NCBI GenBank assembly: GCA_051362555.1
Contig: JBPQGU010000013.1
Span: forward strand, 496,001 to 560,000
Length of the DNA: 64,000 nucleotides
Reading direction: 5' to 3'
DNA from: Lingula anatina
Taxonomy: Eukaryota; Animalia; Brachiopoda
Within the stretch, counting starts at the first letter, position 1. The number at the start of each line of letters is the position of its first letter. Of the stretch, positions 52,401 to 63,040 are shown one piece after another. The position numbers were made by a program, and so were the translations under genes. Below the pieces are notes generated by a model. That model did no database searches. It was not told where the DNA came from and saw only the letters and a program-made list of their open reading frames with translations.

Positions 52401-55400
52401 CCCGGGCGCGTTTCCACATTTTTTATGAATGACAGGTGTGGTAGATTGATTTTCGTCACTTTTTGGAAAAATCGGAGACGGGTCGATTTTTGGTGATTTT
52501 GAGTGATTTTGAACAGTGCCGGCACTGTGAGATTTCTTCAATTTTGGCCAGGTAGGGATGAAATTTTTTTTTCTTCATTATAGTGTCAGGTAGGTGTGTT
52601 CGGTCATTTGTAGTAAGAATAAAGTGCTGGAAGAGTGGTGGTGTCAACATTAAGGAAGAAATAGAGCAAAAACTCTCTCTCCCCCCCTCCCCCCTCTCAG
52701 TTTCTGTTCTCAGAGCTTATTTTTGGATCATCTTTAAAGCTAGAATTGGGGGCCTTGATGAAGTGACCCGGGCGCGTTTCCACATTTTTTATGAATGACA
52801 GGTGTGGTAGATTGATTTTCGTCACTTTTTGGAAAAATCTGAGACGGGTCGATTTTTGGTGATTTTGAGTGATTTTGAACAGTGCCGGCACTGTGAAATT
52901 TCTTCAATTTTGGCCAGGTAGGGATGAAAATTTTTTTTCTTCATTATAGTGTCAGGTAGGTGTGTTCGGTCATTTGTAGTAAGAATAAAGTGCTGGAAGA
53001 GTGGTGGTGTCAACATTAAGGAAAAAAAAGAGCAAAAACTCTCTCTCCCCCCCCCCTCTCAGATTCTGTTCTCAGAGCTTATTTTTGGATCATCTTTAAA
53101 AAGCTAGAATTGGGGGCCTTGATGAAGTGACCCGGGCGCGTTTCCACATTTTTTATGAATGACAGGTGTGGTAGATTGATTTTCGTCACTTTTTGGAAAA
53201 ATCGGAGACGGGTCGATTTTTGGTGATTTTGAGTGATTTTGAACAGTGCCGGCACTGTGAGATTTCTTCAATTTTGGCCAGGTAGGGATGAAAATTTTTT
53301 TTCTTCATTATAGTGTCAGGTAGGTGTGTTCGGTCATTTGTAGTAAGAATAAAGTGCTGGAAGAGTGGTGGTGTCAACATTAAGGAAGAAATAGAGCAAA
53401 AACTCTCTCTCCCCCCCTCCCCCCTCTCAGATTCTGTTCTCAGAGCTTATTTTTGGATCATCTTTAAAGCTAGAATTGGGGGCCTTGATGAAGTGACCCG
53501 GGCGCGTTTCCACATTTTTTATGAATGACAGGTGTGGTAGATTGATTTTCGTCACTTTTTGGAAAAATCGGAGACGGGTCGATTTTTGGTGATTTTGAGT
53601 GATTTTGAACAGTGCCGGCACTGTGAGATTTCTTCAATTTTGGCCAGGTAGGGATGAAAATTTTTTTTCTTCATTATAGTGTCAGGTAGGTGTGTTCGGT
53701 CATTTGTAGTAAGAATAAAGTGCTGGAAGAGTGGTGGTGTCAACATTAAGGAAGAAATAGAGCAAAAACTCTCTCTCCCCCCCTCCCCCCTCTCAGATTC
53801 TGTTCTCAGAGCTTATTTTTGGATCATCTTTAAAGCTAGAATTGGGGGCCTTGATGAAGTGACCCGGGCGCGTTTCCACATTTTTTATGAATGACAGGTG
53901 TGGTAGATTGATTTTCGTCACTTTTTGGAAAAATCGGAGACGGGTCGATTTTTGGTGATTTTGAGTGATTTTGAACAGTGCCGGCACTGTGAAATTTCTT
54001 CAATTTTGGCCAGGTAGGGATGAAAATTTTTTTTCTTCATTATAGTGTCAGGTAGGTGTGTTCGGTCATTTGTAGTAAGAATAAAGTGCTGGAAGAGTGG
54101 TGGTGTCAACATTAAGGAAGAAATAGAGCAAAAACTCTCTCTCCCCCCCTCCTCTCAGATTCTGTTCTCAGAGCTTATTTTTGGATCATCTTTAAAGCTA
54201 GAATTGGGGGCCTTGATGAAGTGACCCGGGCGCGTTTCCACATTTTTTATGAATGACAGGTGTGGTAGATTGATTTTCGTCACTTTTTGGAAAAATCGGA
54301 GATGGGTCGATTTTTGGTGATTTTGAGTGATTTTGAACAGTGCCGGCACTGTGAGATTTCTTCAATTTTGGCCAGGTAGGGATGAAAATTTTTTTTCTTC
54401 ATTATAGTGTCAGGTAGGTGTGTTCGGTCATTTGTAGTAAGAATAAAGTGCTGGAAGAGTGGTGGTGTCAACATTAAGGAAGAAATAGAGCAAAAACTCT
54501 CTCTCCCCCCCCCCCCTCTCAGATTCTGTTCTCAGAGCTTATTTTTGGATCATCTTTAAAGCTAGAATTGGGGGCCTTGATGAAGTGACCCGGGCGCGTT
54601 TCCACATTTTTTATGAATGACAGGTGTGGTAGATTGATTTTCGTCACTTTTTGGAAAAATCGGAGACGGGTCGATTTTTGGTGATTTTGAGTGATTTTGA
54701 ACAGTGCCGGCACTGTGAGATTTCTTCAATTTTGGCCAGGTAGGGATGAAAATTTTTTTTCTTCATTATAGTGTCAGGTAGGTGTGTTCGGTCATTTGTA
54801 GTAAGAATAAAGTGCTGGAAGAGTGGTGGTGTCAACATTAAGGAAGAAATAGAGCAAAAAACTCTCTCTCCCCCCCTCCCCCCTCTCAGATTCTGTTCTC
54901 AGAGCTTATTTTTGGATCATCTTTAAAGCTAGAATTGGGGGCCTTGATGAAGTGACCCGGGCGCGTTTCCACATTTTTTATGAATGACAGGTGTGGTAGA
55001 TTGATTTTCGTCACTTTTTGGAAGAATCGGAGAAGGGTCGATTTTTGGTGATTTTGAGTGATTTTGAACAGTGCCGGCACTGTGTGATTTCTTCAATTTT
55101 GGCCAGGTAGGGATGAAAATTTTTTTTCTTCATTATAGTGTCAGGTAGGTGTGTTCGGTCATTTGTAGTAAGAATAAAGTGCTGGAAGAGTGGTGGTGTC
55201 AACATTAAGGAAGAAATAGAGCAAAAACTCTCTCTCCCCCCCTCCCCCCTCTCAGATTCTGTTCTCAGAGCTTATTTTTGGATCATCTTTAAAGCTAGAA
55301 TTGGGGGCCTTGATGAAGTGACCCAGGCGCGTTTCCACATTTTTTATGAATGACAGGTGTGGTAGATTGATTTTCGTCACTTTTTGGAAAAATCGGAGAC

Positions 55401-57659
55401 GGGTCGATTTTTGGTGATTTTGAGTGATTTTGAACAGTGCCGGCACTGTGAGATTTCTTCAATTTTGGCCAGGTAGGGATGAAAATTTTTTTTTTTCATT
55501 ATAGTGTCAGGTAGGTGTGTTCGGTCATTTGTAGTAAGAATAAAGTGCTGGAAGAGTGGTGGTGTCAACATCAAGGAAGAAATAGAGCAAAAACTCTCTC
55601 TCCCCCCCCCCCTCTCAGATTCTGTTCTCAGAGCTTATTTTTGGATCATCTTTAAAGCTAGAATTGGGGGCCTTGATGAAGTGACCCGGGCGCGTTTCCA
55701 CATTTTTTATGAATGACAGGTGTGGTAGATTGATTTTCGTCACTTTTTGGAAAAATCGGAGACGGGTCGATTTTTGGTGATTTTGAGTGATTTTGAACAG
55801 TGCCGGCACTGTGAGATTTCTTCAATTTTGGCCAGGTAGGGATGAAAATTTTTTTTCTTCATTATAGTGTCAGGTAGGTGTGTTCGGTCATTTGTAGTAA
55901 GAATAAAGTGCTGGAAGAGTGGTGGTGTCAACATTAAGGAAGAAATAGAGCAAAAACTCTCTCTCCCCCCCCCCCTCTCAGATTCTGTTCTCAGAGCTTA
56001 TTTTTGGATCATCTTTAAAGCTAGAATTGGGGGCCTTGATGAAGTGACCCGGGCGCGTTTCCACATTTTTTATGAATGACAGGTGTGGTAGGTTGATTTT
56101 CGTCACTTTTTGGAAAAATCGGAGACGGGTCGATTTTTGGTGATTTTGAGTGATTTTGAACAGTGCCGGCACTGTGAGATTTCTTCAATTTTGGCCAGGT
56201 AGGGATGAAAAATTTTTTTCTTCATTATAGTGTCAGGTAGGTGTGTTCGGTCATTTGTAGTAAGAATAAAGTGCTGGAAGAGTGGTGGTGTCAACATTAA
56301 GGAAGAAATAGAGCAAAAACTCTCTCTCTCCCCCCCCCCTCTCAGATTCTGTTCTCAGAGCTTATTTTTGGATCATCTTTAAAGCTAGAATTGGGGGCCT
56401 TAATGAAGTGACCCGGGCGCGTTTCCACATTTTTTATGAATGACAGGTGTGGTAGGTTGATTTTCGTCACTTTTTGGAAAAATCGGAGACGGGTCGATTT
56501 TTGGTGATTTTGAGTGATTTTGAACAGTGCCAGCACTGTGAGATTTCTTTAATTTTGGCCAGGTAGGGATGAAAATTTTTTTTCTTCATTATAGTGTCAG
56601 GTAATTGTGTTCGGTCATTTGTAGTAAGAATAAAGTGCTGGAAGAGTGGTGGTGTCAACATTAAGGAAGAAATAAAGCAAAAACTCTCTCTCCCCCCCCC
56701 CTCAGATTCTGTTCTCAGAGCTTATTTTTGGATCATCTTTAAAGCTAGAATTGGGGGCCTTGATGTAGTGACCCGGGCGCGTTTCCACATTTTTTATGAA
56801 TGACAGGTGTGGTAGATTGATTTTCCTCACTTTTTGGAAAAATCGGAGACGGGTCGATTTTTGGGTGATTTTGAGTGATTTTGAACAGTGCCGGCACTGT
56901 GAGATTTCTTCAATTTTGGCCAGGTAGGGATGTAAATTTTTTTTCTTCATTATAGTGTCAGGTAGGTGTGTTCAGTCATTTGTAGTAAGAATAAAGTGCT
57001 GGAAGAGTGGTGGTGTCAACATTAAGGAAGAAATAGAGCAAAAACTCTGTCTCTCCCCCCCCTCTCAGATTCTGTTCTCAGAGCTTATTTTTGGATCATC
57101 TTTAAAGCTAGAATTGGGGGCCTTGATGTAGTGACCCGGGCGCGTTTCCACATTTTTTATGAATGACAGGTGTGGTAGATTGATTTTCGTCACTTTTTGG
57201 AAAAATCGGAGACGGGTCGATTTTTGGTGATTTTGAGTGATTTTGAACAGTGCCGGCACTGTGAGATTTCTTCACTTTTGGCCAGGTAGGGATGAAAATT
57301 TTTTTTCTTCATTATAGTGTCAGGTAGGTGTGTTCGGTCATTTGTAGTAAGAATAAAGTGCTGGAAGAGTGGTGGTGTCAATATTAAGGAAGAAATAGAG
57401 CAAGAACAAGTCCTACCTGGAACAATAGAGCAAGTTTCCACATTTTTTATGAATGACAGGTGTGGTAGATTGATTTTCGTCACTTTTTGGAAAAATCGGA
57501 GACGGGTCGATTTTTGGTGATTTTGAGTGATTTTGAACAGTGCCGGCACTGTGAGATTTCTTCAATTGGTAGGGATGAAAAATTTTTTTCTTCATTATAG
57601 TGTCAGGTAGGTGTGTTCGGTCATTTGTAGTAAGAATAAAGTGCTGGAAGAGTGGTGGT

Positions 57660-58036
57660 GTCAACATTAAGGAAGACATAGAACAAAAACTCTGTCTCCC
57701 CCCATCTCCGATTCTGATCTCGGAGCTTATTTCTGGATCATCTTTAAAGCTAGAATTGGGGGCCTTGATGAAGTGACCCGGGCGTATTTCCACATTTTTT
57801 ATTAATGATAGGTGTGATAGATTGATTTTCATGACATTTTTTTTTATTTTGAGTGATTTTCATAAGTGCCAGCCATGTGAGATTTCTTCAATTTTGGCCA
57901 GGTAGGAATGAAAATGTTTTTTTCATTATAGTGTCAGGTTGGTGTGTTTGGTCATTTGTAGTAAGCATAAAATGCTTGAAGAGTGGTGGTGTCAACATTA
58001 TTGAAGAAATAAAGCAAAAACTATGTATACAGATTC
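57660..58036. repeat. Degenerate terminal satellite monomer at the right array boundary
   Basis: The monomer is recognisable but carries many substitutions and a deletion around 57830-57850. Similarity ends at caaaaactatgtatacagattc. Confidence 0.9.
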
Positions 58037-58828
58037 CTGCTATATTATTATTTTATCTTTAATTTATCGAATTTTATGATGCCTTTCCTATATACATAGT
58101 CCTTTTTTAAAATAATTACCGTATCAGATTTTTAAAACCTAGAACAAAAGTTTTCAGTTTGTCTGTCTTTTTTATTCCAACAATTTCAGCAGCCATTACT
58201 GTTCCCGAGACACCTTGCCTGTGCTATCAAACGAATCCTGTTACTTACAGCACAGGAGCACCAAAGAGTTTGAAGAGTGCTTTACAAGTCATCAGTCAAA
58301 TTAAGCAGAAATGGTCTTAGCTTTGCAAACCGGTGTCAAAGGGTCAAATCAAGTATTCCAAGCCTTCCAAGGACTAGTATGATGTAAGTCAGTATGGACA
58401 ATATATTAAAGGTCCAAAAGCATCAAAGTCTTTAAGGTACTCGCCCCACGCCGCAGCATGTCATCGAAGAAATGACCCCTTGATGATAGGGATATGGATT
58501 GCAAGTGTTCTGGAGGCTCCAAGACAACTGTCTATAGCAGGTTCTGGTACTTGCATAGTGGGTCTTCAAACCCTTGGTATAGAAAGTACAAACCAGCAGC
58601 TTAATCTGGAAGTTAAAAAGAAAAAACAGCCATAAGTCCATGCATTAAAATCATGTTGAAATCTCTTTTTGGAAATTAGAAAAACGACTATTGCAATTAT
58701 TAGAGAAGGCTTAATTAACTTTGAGTGTGCATTTTTTATGAACTGATACTTCCTTGTGAACAAAAACTCTGAAAAGATTTCAACATTTTGTATTTTTGGC
58801 AATAATGAGAAATGAATGAACATTCATT

Positions 58829-58868
58829 GATTAATTATTATCATTATTTATTTATTTATTTATTTTTT
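58829..58868. repeat. AT-rich microsatellite, (TTA)n/(TTTA)n
   Basis: ttaattattatcattatttatttatttatttattttttt. Confidence 0.7.
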
Positions 58869-59287
58869 TGCTATTTCCACTTGAGGGTGCTTACGCAAAT
58901 TTGGCAGATTTCCCAAGTTTTGGGTTAAAAGCACAATGTTGTTATTTTGGGTCTTTATGAGGTAATGTGATTTTGTCAGCATATTAGTTAAATGAACAAC
59001 TTTGTCTGGATGCCCCACTCCTGCCTCAAATGAGATTTTAAAAGCAAACATCAATATCTATAAAGACAAGTTTTAATGCTTATTTTTGAACACATTTCAC
59101 ATAAATCACATTTCACATGATGATCTGGGCTGATTTTGTCAAAGTTAAAGAAACCCCATTTTGAACACTGATGACAATTTAAGTAAAACCATGTTACTCA
59201 TGGATCTCAATCTTACAGAAAAGGTAAATTGGACTGAAATACAGCTTGAGTTAGAAAACTGAACTGTTTGCATTCTTTTTCTGAGAG

Positions 59288-59341
59288 TTATTTATTTATT
59301 TAATTATCATTATTATTATTATTATTTATTATTATTATTTT
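59288..59341. repeat. AT-rich microsatellite, (TTA)n/(TTTA)n
   Basis: ttatttatttatttaattatcattattattattattatttattattattatttt. Confidence 0.8.
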
Positions 59342-59378
59342 CAAAATAATTTTTTTTTCACATATTAGCATTTTCTTC

Positions 59379-59660
59379 GTGAGACTTGGAACTCCCACGG
59401 GATGAAATTCCAGCTCCCACTCTCAAGCCCCTGGGGAGCTTTTTGAAATAATATAAAGATGAAATTTGGGTTTTTTAAAATAATTAAAATAATGATGTCA
59501 GGAAGGCGTGTTTTGTTTTTTCTAGCCATCCACAGGTAAATTTTTTTTTTCAATATTTCTTGTGAATTAAAAAAATATTTTTCCATCCCCCTCCCCAACC
59601 TCAAACCCCTGAGGAGCTTTTTGAAGTACTATAAAGATGCAATTTGGGGATTTAATGATG
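59379..59660 (+). repeat. Diverged ~178-bp-period direct repeat with patchy similarity to the satellite monomer
   Basis: ctccc..ctcaa.cccctg.ggagctttttgaa.ta.tataaagatg.aatttggg occurs at ~59414 and ~59591. The second copy aligns by eye at about 35/51 with the satellite segment gagcttatttttggatcatctttaaagctagaattgggggccttgatgaag. The segment tgtcaggaaggcgtgtt (59496-59512) matches the satellite's tgtcaggtaggtgtgtt at 15/17. Confidence 0.65.
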
Positions 59661-60340
59661 AGATGTTGATATGTTTAGACAATTATTGTGAATGATCCCT
59701 TTCCGTCTCAGCACTGATACTCCTCCGCACCATTACTCCCTCGCACCGATAGGCCTATACTACCCCTTACACTCCATCGACCTCACCCGCATCTTAAAGC
59801 TCCTGCAACGATACTCTCTCACAGCCTTTGCAATTGGTTAAAACTGCTACCAACAAAACACAATGATTGATCTAAAAACTCTCGAAATACTATTTTTCCG
59901 AAAGTGCACCACCCTCTTGGGACCCAAAAGTGACACATTTCATTAGAAATATTGTGGAAAAATAAGGGAATTACTAAAGTTGGTCTGCTTAGTAACAAAG
60001 TACATAGTCGATCTAATATGTATGCAGCTCGGCTTTGTGATTATTAAGAAATATCTGTATACTTCACTTCGTTCTTCAACAGTGGTTACTGTATACAATA
60101 TGTGCATCTTCTTCTTGATTTGTTAATTAATTATTTTACTAAAAGTATCTTTTTAACAGAAGATAGCAAAGACGACATAATCTTTTCTTCAGGGGCCACT
60201 CTATTCGTAAAAGAAATTGAAACAACAACAACAACAAAAAAAAAAAAACATTGTTTAAGCGAGAAATTGCCGCCTTTGTCCTCCTGGAAATGTGAGATTC
60301 TACAATTTAAGCTGTCCTTGGGCGATTGTAGGAACCACTG

Positions 60341-60508
60341 CAGGGGCGGATCCAGAGCTATATACTGACAGTCTTCCAAATTATCTTTGTTGATTCATCC
60401 TCCAATTTTGACCGTCTTCCAACATTAAAAATTGGATACCCGTCAATGTAAACTTGAAAATCTGACCGTCTTCTGGAAGACCCAGAAGACGGCCTAAATC
60501 CGCCCCTG
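60341..60508. mobile_element. 168-bp MITE with CAGGGGCGGAT TIRs (hAT-like termini), apparent 5-bp TSD CACTG
   Basis: The left end is CAGGGGCGGATCCAG and the right end is CTAAATCCGCCCCTG (13/15 inverted match). cactg flanks both sides, at 60336-60340 and 60509-60513. The motif tgac(a/c)gtcttc is repeated three times internally. Confidence 0.8.
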
Positions 60509-60705
60509 CACTGAACACCTACAGTATAATGCGCTTAAATTACTGTTTTTTCTTTACGGTTCTGTTTGTAATAGAAATCTAGGACAGAAAAAATTACAAG
60601 TTGAATGTAACATCATAAATCCTTAAAAATAGATAACAAATCCGATTGTGTTTATTTCCAGTATGCAGCAAGATCGTTATTAAGAAATCAATAACGAACA
60701 GCTCT

Positions 60706-60725
60706 CAGGGGCGAATCCAGGATTT
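60706..60725. mobile_element. Isolated left terminus of a related CAGGGGCG-type MITE
   Basis: caggggcgaatccaggattt resembles the left ends at 60341 and 62202. I see no convincing partner TIR. Confidence 0.5.
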
Positions 60726-62201
60726 CGAAGACTAGGTGGTTAGTTTTTATTGACCCCGCTTCTACGTGGACGGAACGGTTCATTTTTAACATTGAATAAA
60801 TTAATTGAATTAATATTCATTAAAATTAAATCAAATAAAATAACGATGCATGATGATTAGTAATGCAAGATTTATGCCGCAAAGTCGCTTGTCAGACTAC
60901 ATCTAAGATGATCTCACGACATACTTGGGTATGGCTGTTTAGATGTAGGGGGTAGAGGCACTATTTGAAGGCAGCTGAAGGAAAAATCGAAAGGAGTTCG
61001 ATGGCATTTAGCATTACATGGTCCATTTCTCAGTAAAGAATACTAAATAAAGAAATTATACATACTTCAGGATGGCTCACTGCGGTTTTCGTCCACACAT
61101 AGGCAACCAGTAATTCGGACTCTACTAGCGATAATGTAAACACACCTTGAATGCCCATTTATGTATTTGCTTTTCTAGTTAAACTTAGCAATGTGTATTA
61201 ATTTTGTTCGAAAAAAAAAAGCATTCCACTGTAATTTGCGACCGCGTCCATGTGCACCAATGCAGGCCTATTCTATTTATGGAGATGGTCACATAATCAG
61301 CAAAACGGAAACTTAACTGGTACATGTACAAGTTTCGAAATAAAATGTTTGTCAAACCTTTATAATATCTAGAGCTTTTGTTGTTTGAAACATGTTTAAC
61401 TAAAATGTAAGAAAAACGAAAAAAGTAAGCAGCAAGCTGGTAGGCAGTAAGTGAAAGCCTGGTCTGAACACTGAATTTCTAGGTAAGCATGTATTTTTCA
61501 CACCCCCTAATTTCATTTCCACAACGATCCGTGAATGAGGTTAAAAAGCAATAACATACTTGTGTGACAGGACAAAATGCTTTGTTTATTACGCCACTTT
61601 ATCTTGTCAAATGAAGCATGAATTTGAAAAACCATGAAAACTAGAGGATCAGAGAGGTGATACCGCCTGAGGGTATTGTACCACCAGCTGGAGTAAGCTC
61701 ATTCGTATAGAAAAGTGAAAAAAGGGACACCACCTCCAGTGTTGTGCTGGACAAGCTCTACATGCAGTAAGCAAAAGTTCTAAATAGTTTTGTTGAAAAT
61801 TACCATTTAAAACAAAATCATGAGGAAAAGTAAAAGTTTAAATTCAAATTTGTGAAGTGCAGTTCATGGCAAAAAGTAGGTCAAAACTCAATTTCAAGAA
61901 CACAGATTGTCAGCATATGACTGCCTATTCAAGTTCAATAGTGATTATGGGCATATCTCTGCTAGTTTTGGAGATAGAAAAGTTGCAAAGTTGCGCGGCT
62001 CATTATAAAATCGCCACCTTTTAAAATTTCCAGTTGTACTAAGTGCACGTGGTTTGCAGATTAATTTTAGCCATTAAGAGCGTTAGATTGAAACCTTTTG
62101 CCGCTACAAATACAACAACTTGATTGTTATCTTACGCGATTATCAAAAACAGACAATAGCAAGAATCACTTACCTGCTGTAGGTTACAAGGGCGACCAAC
62201 C

Positions 62202-62426
62202 CAGGGGCGGGACCAGGATTATTTGAAGGGGGGTCCACGGATGCAAAACCGACCCTTATCTTAGAGGGCGAACGGTGCTATTTGGTACTTTTTAGAACTA
62301 CATGTATGATTCGGCTAGAGAAAATACTTATTTCATAAGGGGACCATCGGTGTGATTATTTTTAGAAACTGAAGGGGAGGAGGTCAGGACCCCCTGACCC
62401 CCCCCCCCCCTCCCAATCCGCCACTG
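62202..62426. mobile_element. 225-bp MITE with CAG(G/T)GGCGG termini (hAT-like)
   Basis: It begins caggggcgggaccaggatt..gaaggggggtcc and ends ggaccccctgaccc(C)n tcccaatccgccactg. The flanks caacc and caact could be a 5-bp TSD with one mismatch. Confidence 0.7.
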
Positions 62427-62760
62427 CAACTACCAATGGACCTCGGTGGACACAGGTTAATTACATATCTGGCATTTGTGTCATAGGTTGTGCATTTAAG
62501 CTTTAAACTTAAGTTTTATAAATATTAAAGTACCTACCCTTTAACGCGAAGTAAGAATCACGGTCAGCCACCTTTGTTTATGAGACAGTAATCAGTGTTA
62601 CGCCGACGACCATCACCTGATCTATTGAATTAAACGAGTGGAGTAGTAACGAACCCTTGGAACGAATTTGAGAAATAAGCAAACCTGACTTTATCGAGTG
62701 TAGGGGAGTTCGATTTTCTAAAAAAAAAAAAAAATGTACATTATATTTATAAAAATTCAG

Positions 62761-62809
62761 TCGGGGTCAAAACTCCCCCCCCCCCCCGCCCCTCCTAAAT
62801 CCACCACTG
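62761..62809. mobile_element. Isolated right terminus of a related MITE
   Basis: ggggtcaaaact(C)n gcccctcctaaatccaccactg has the same C-run plus ctaaatcc.cc.ctg ending as the elements ending at 60508 and 62426. The left end was not found. Confidence 0.5.
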
Positions 62810-62950
62810 GCACAAATCTTTTGTCCTGTACCATCTAAACTGCGTCACGTACAGCTCGATGTAGCGAGTCAATATAAATATAATTTCAATCGGTTGACGA
62901 GAGGAATTAAAGTGAAATTAATTTCTCTCTGGTTATGACACGCCAGAAGA

Positions 62951-62962
62951 GGGCGGGATTGG
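62951..62962 (+). promoter_or_regulatory. GC box next to an inverted CCAAT box, upstream of the retroelement ORF1
   Basis: GGGCGG-G-ATTGG lies ~80-90 bp upstream of the ATG at 63041. This is a motif match only. Confidence 0.2.
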
Positions 62963-63040
62963 TGTAGGGGAGTTTTCGTGTCATTTAGGCGATTGACACG
63001 GTACTGTTAACACGCTTATGATTACGACTCCGTAGACGAC

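Larger units (their letters stand above)
1..58036. repeat. Satellite DNA array, ~362-bp monomer, ~159 head-to-tail copies, open at the left window edge
   Basis: The same unit (tctcagattctgttctcagagc...gacccgggcgcg...acagtgccggcactgt...gagcaaaaactct..(C)n) recurs every ~360-369 bp, and the ORF track shows the same period. Length variation comes mostly from the poly-C tract. Copy number is estimated from span divided by period. Confidence 0.99.

Noticed and set aside
1-58036. CRISPR array
   Set aside because: There are no unique spacers, the whole 362-bp unit repeats, and no cas genes are present.
82-58062. Hundreds of repeated 60-139 aa ORFs (MPALFKITQ.., MLTPPLFQH.., MSGRCVRS..) as a tandem gene family
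   Set aside because: They overlap on both strands, mostly use non-ATG starts and are freely frameshifted by homopolymer changes. They resemble no protein family I recognise, so they are by-products of the satellite.
58189-58389. Possible exon (tttcag acceptor ... gtaagt donor)
   Set aside because: All three plus-strand frames contain stops, so a coding exon is unsupported. A non-coding exon cannot be judged from sequence alone.
58432-60379. Short ORFs in the flank (64-88 aa)
   Set aside because: They are low-complexity, AT-rich or microsatellite-driven translations with no recognisable domains.
61638-62030. Possible interspersed repeat starting aaactagagg
   Set aside because: It looks repeat-like, but I could not show termini, a TSD or a second copy in this window.
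62168-62176. Perfect minus-strand splice donor (CAGGTAAGT)
   Set aside because: It is an isolated motif with a MITE ~25 bp upstream on that strand and no supportable exon.
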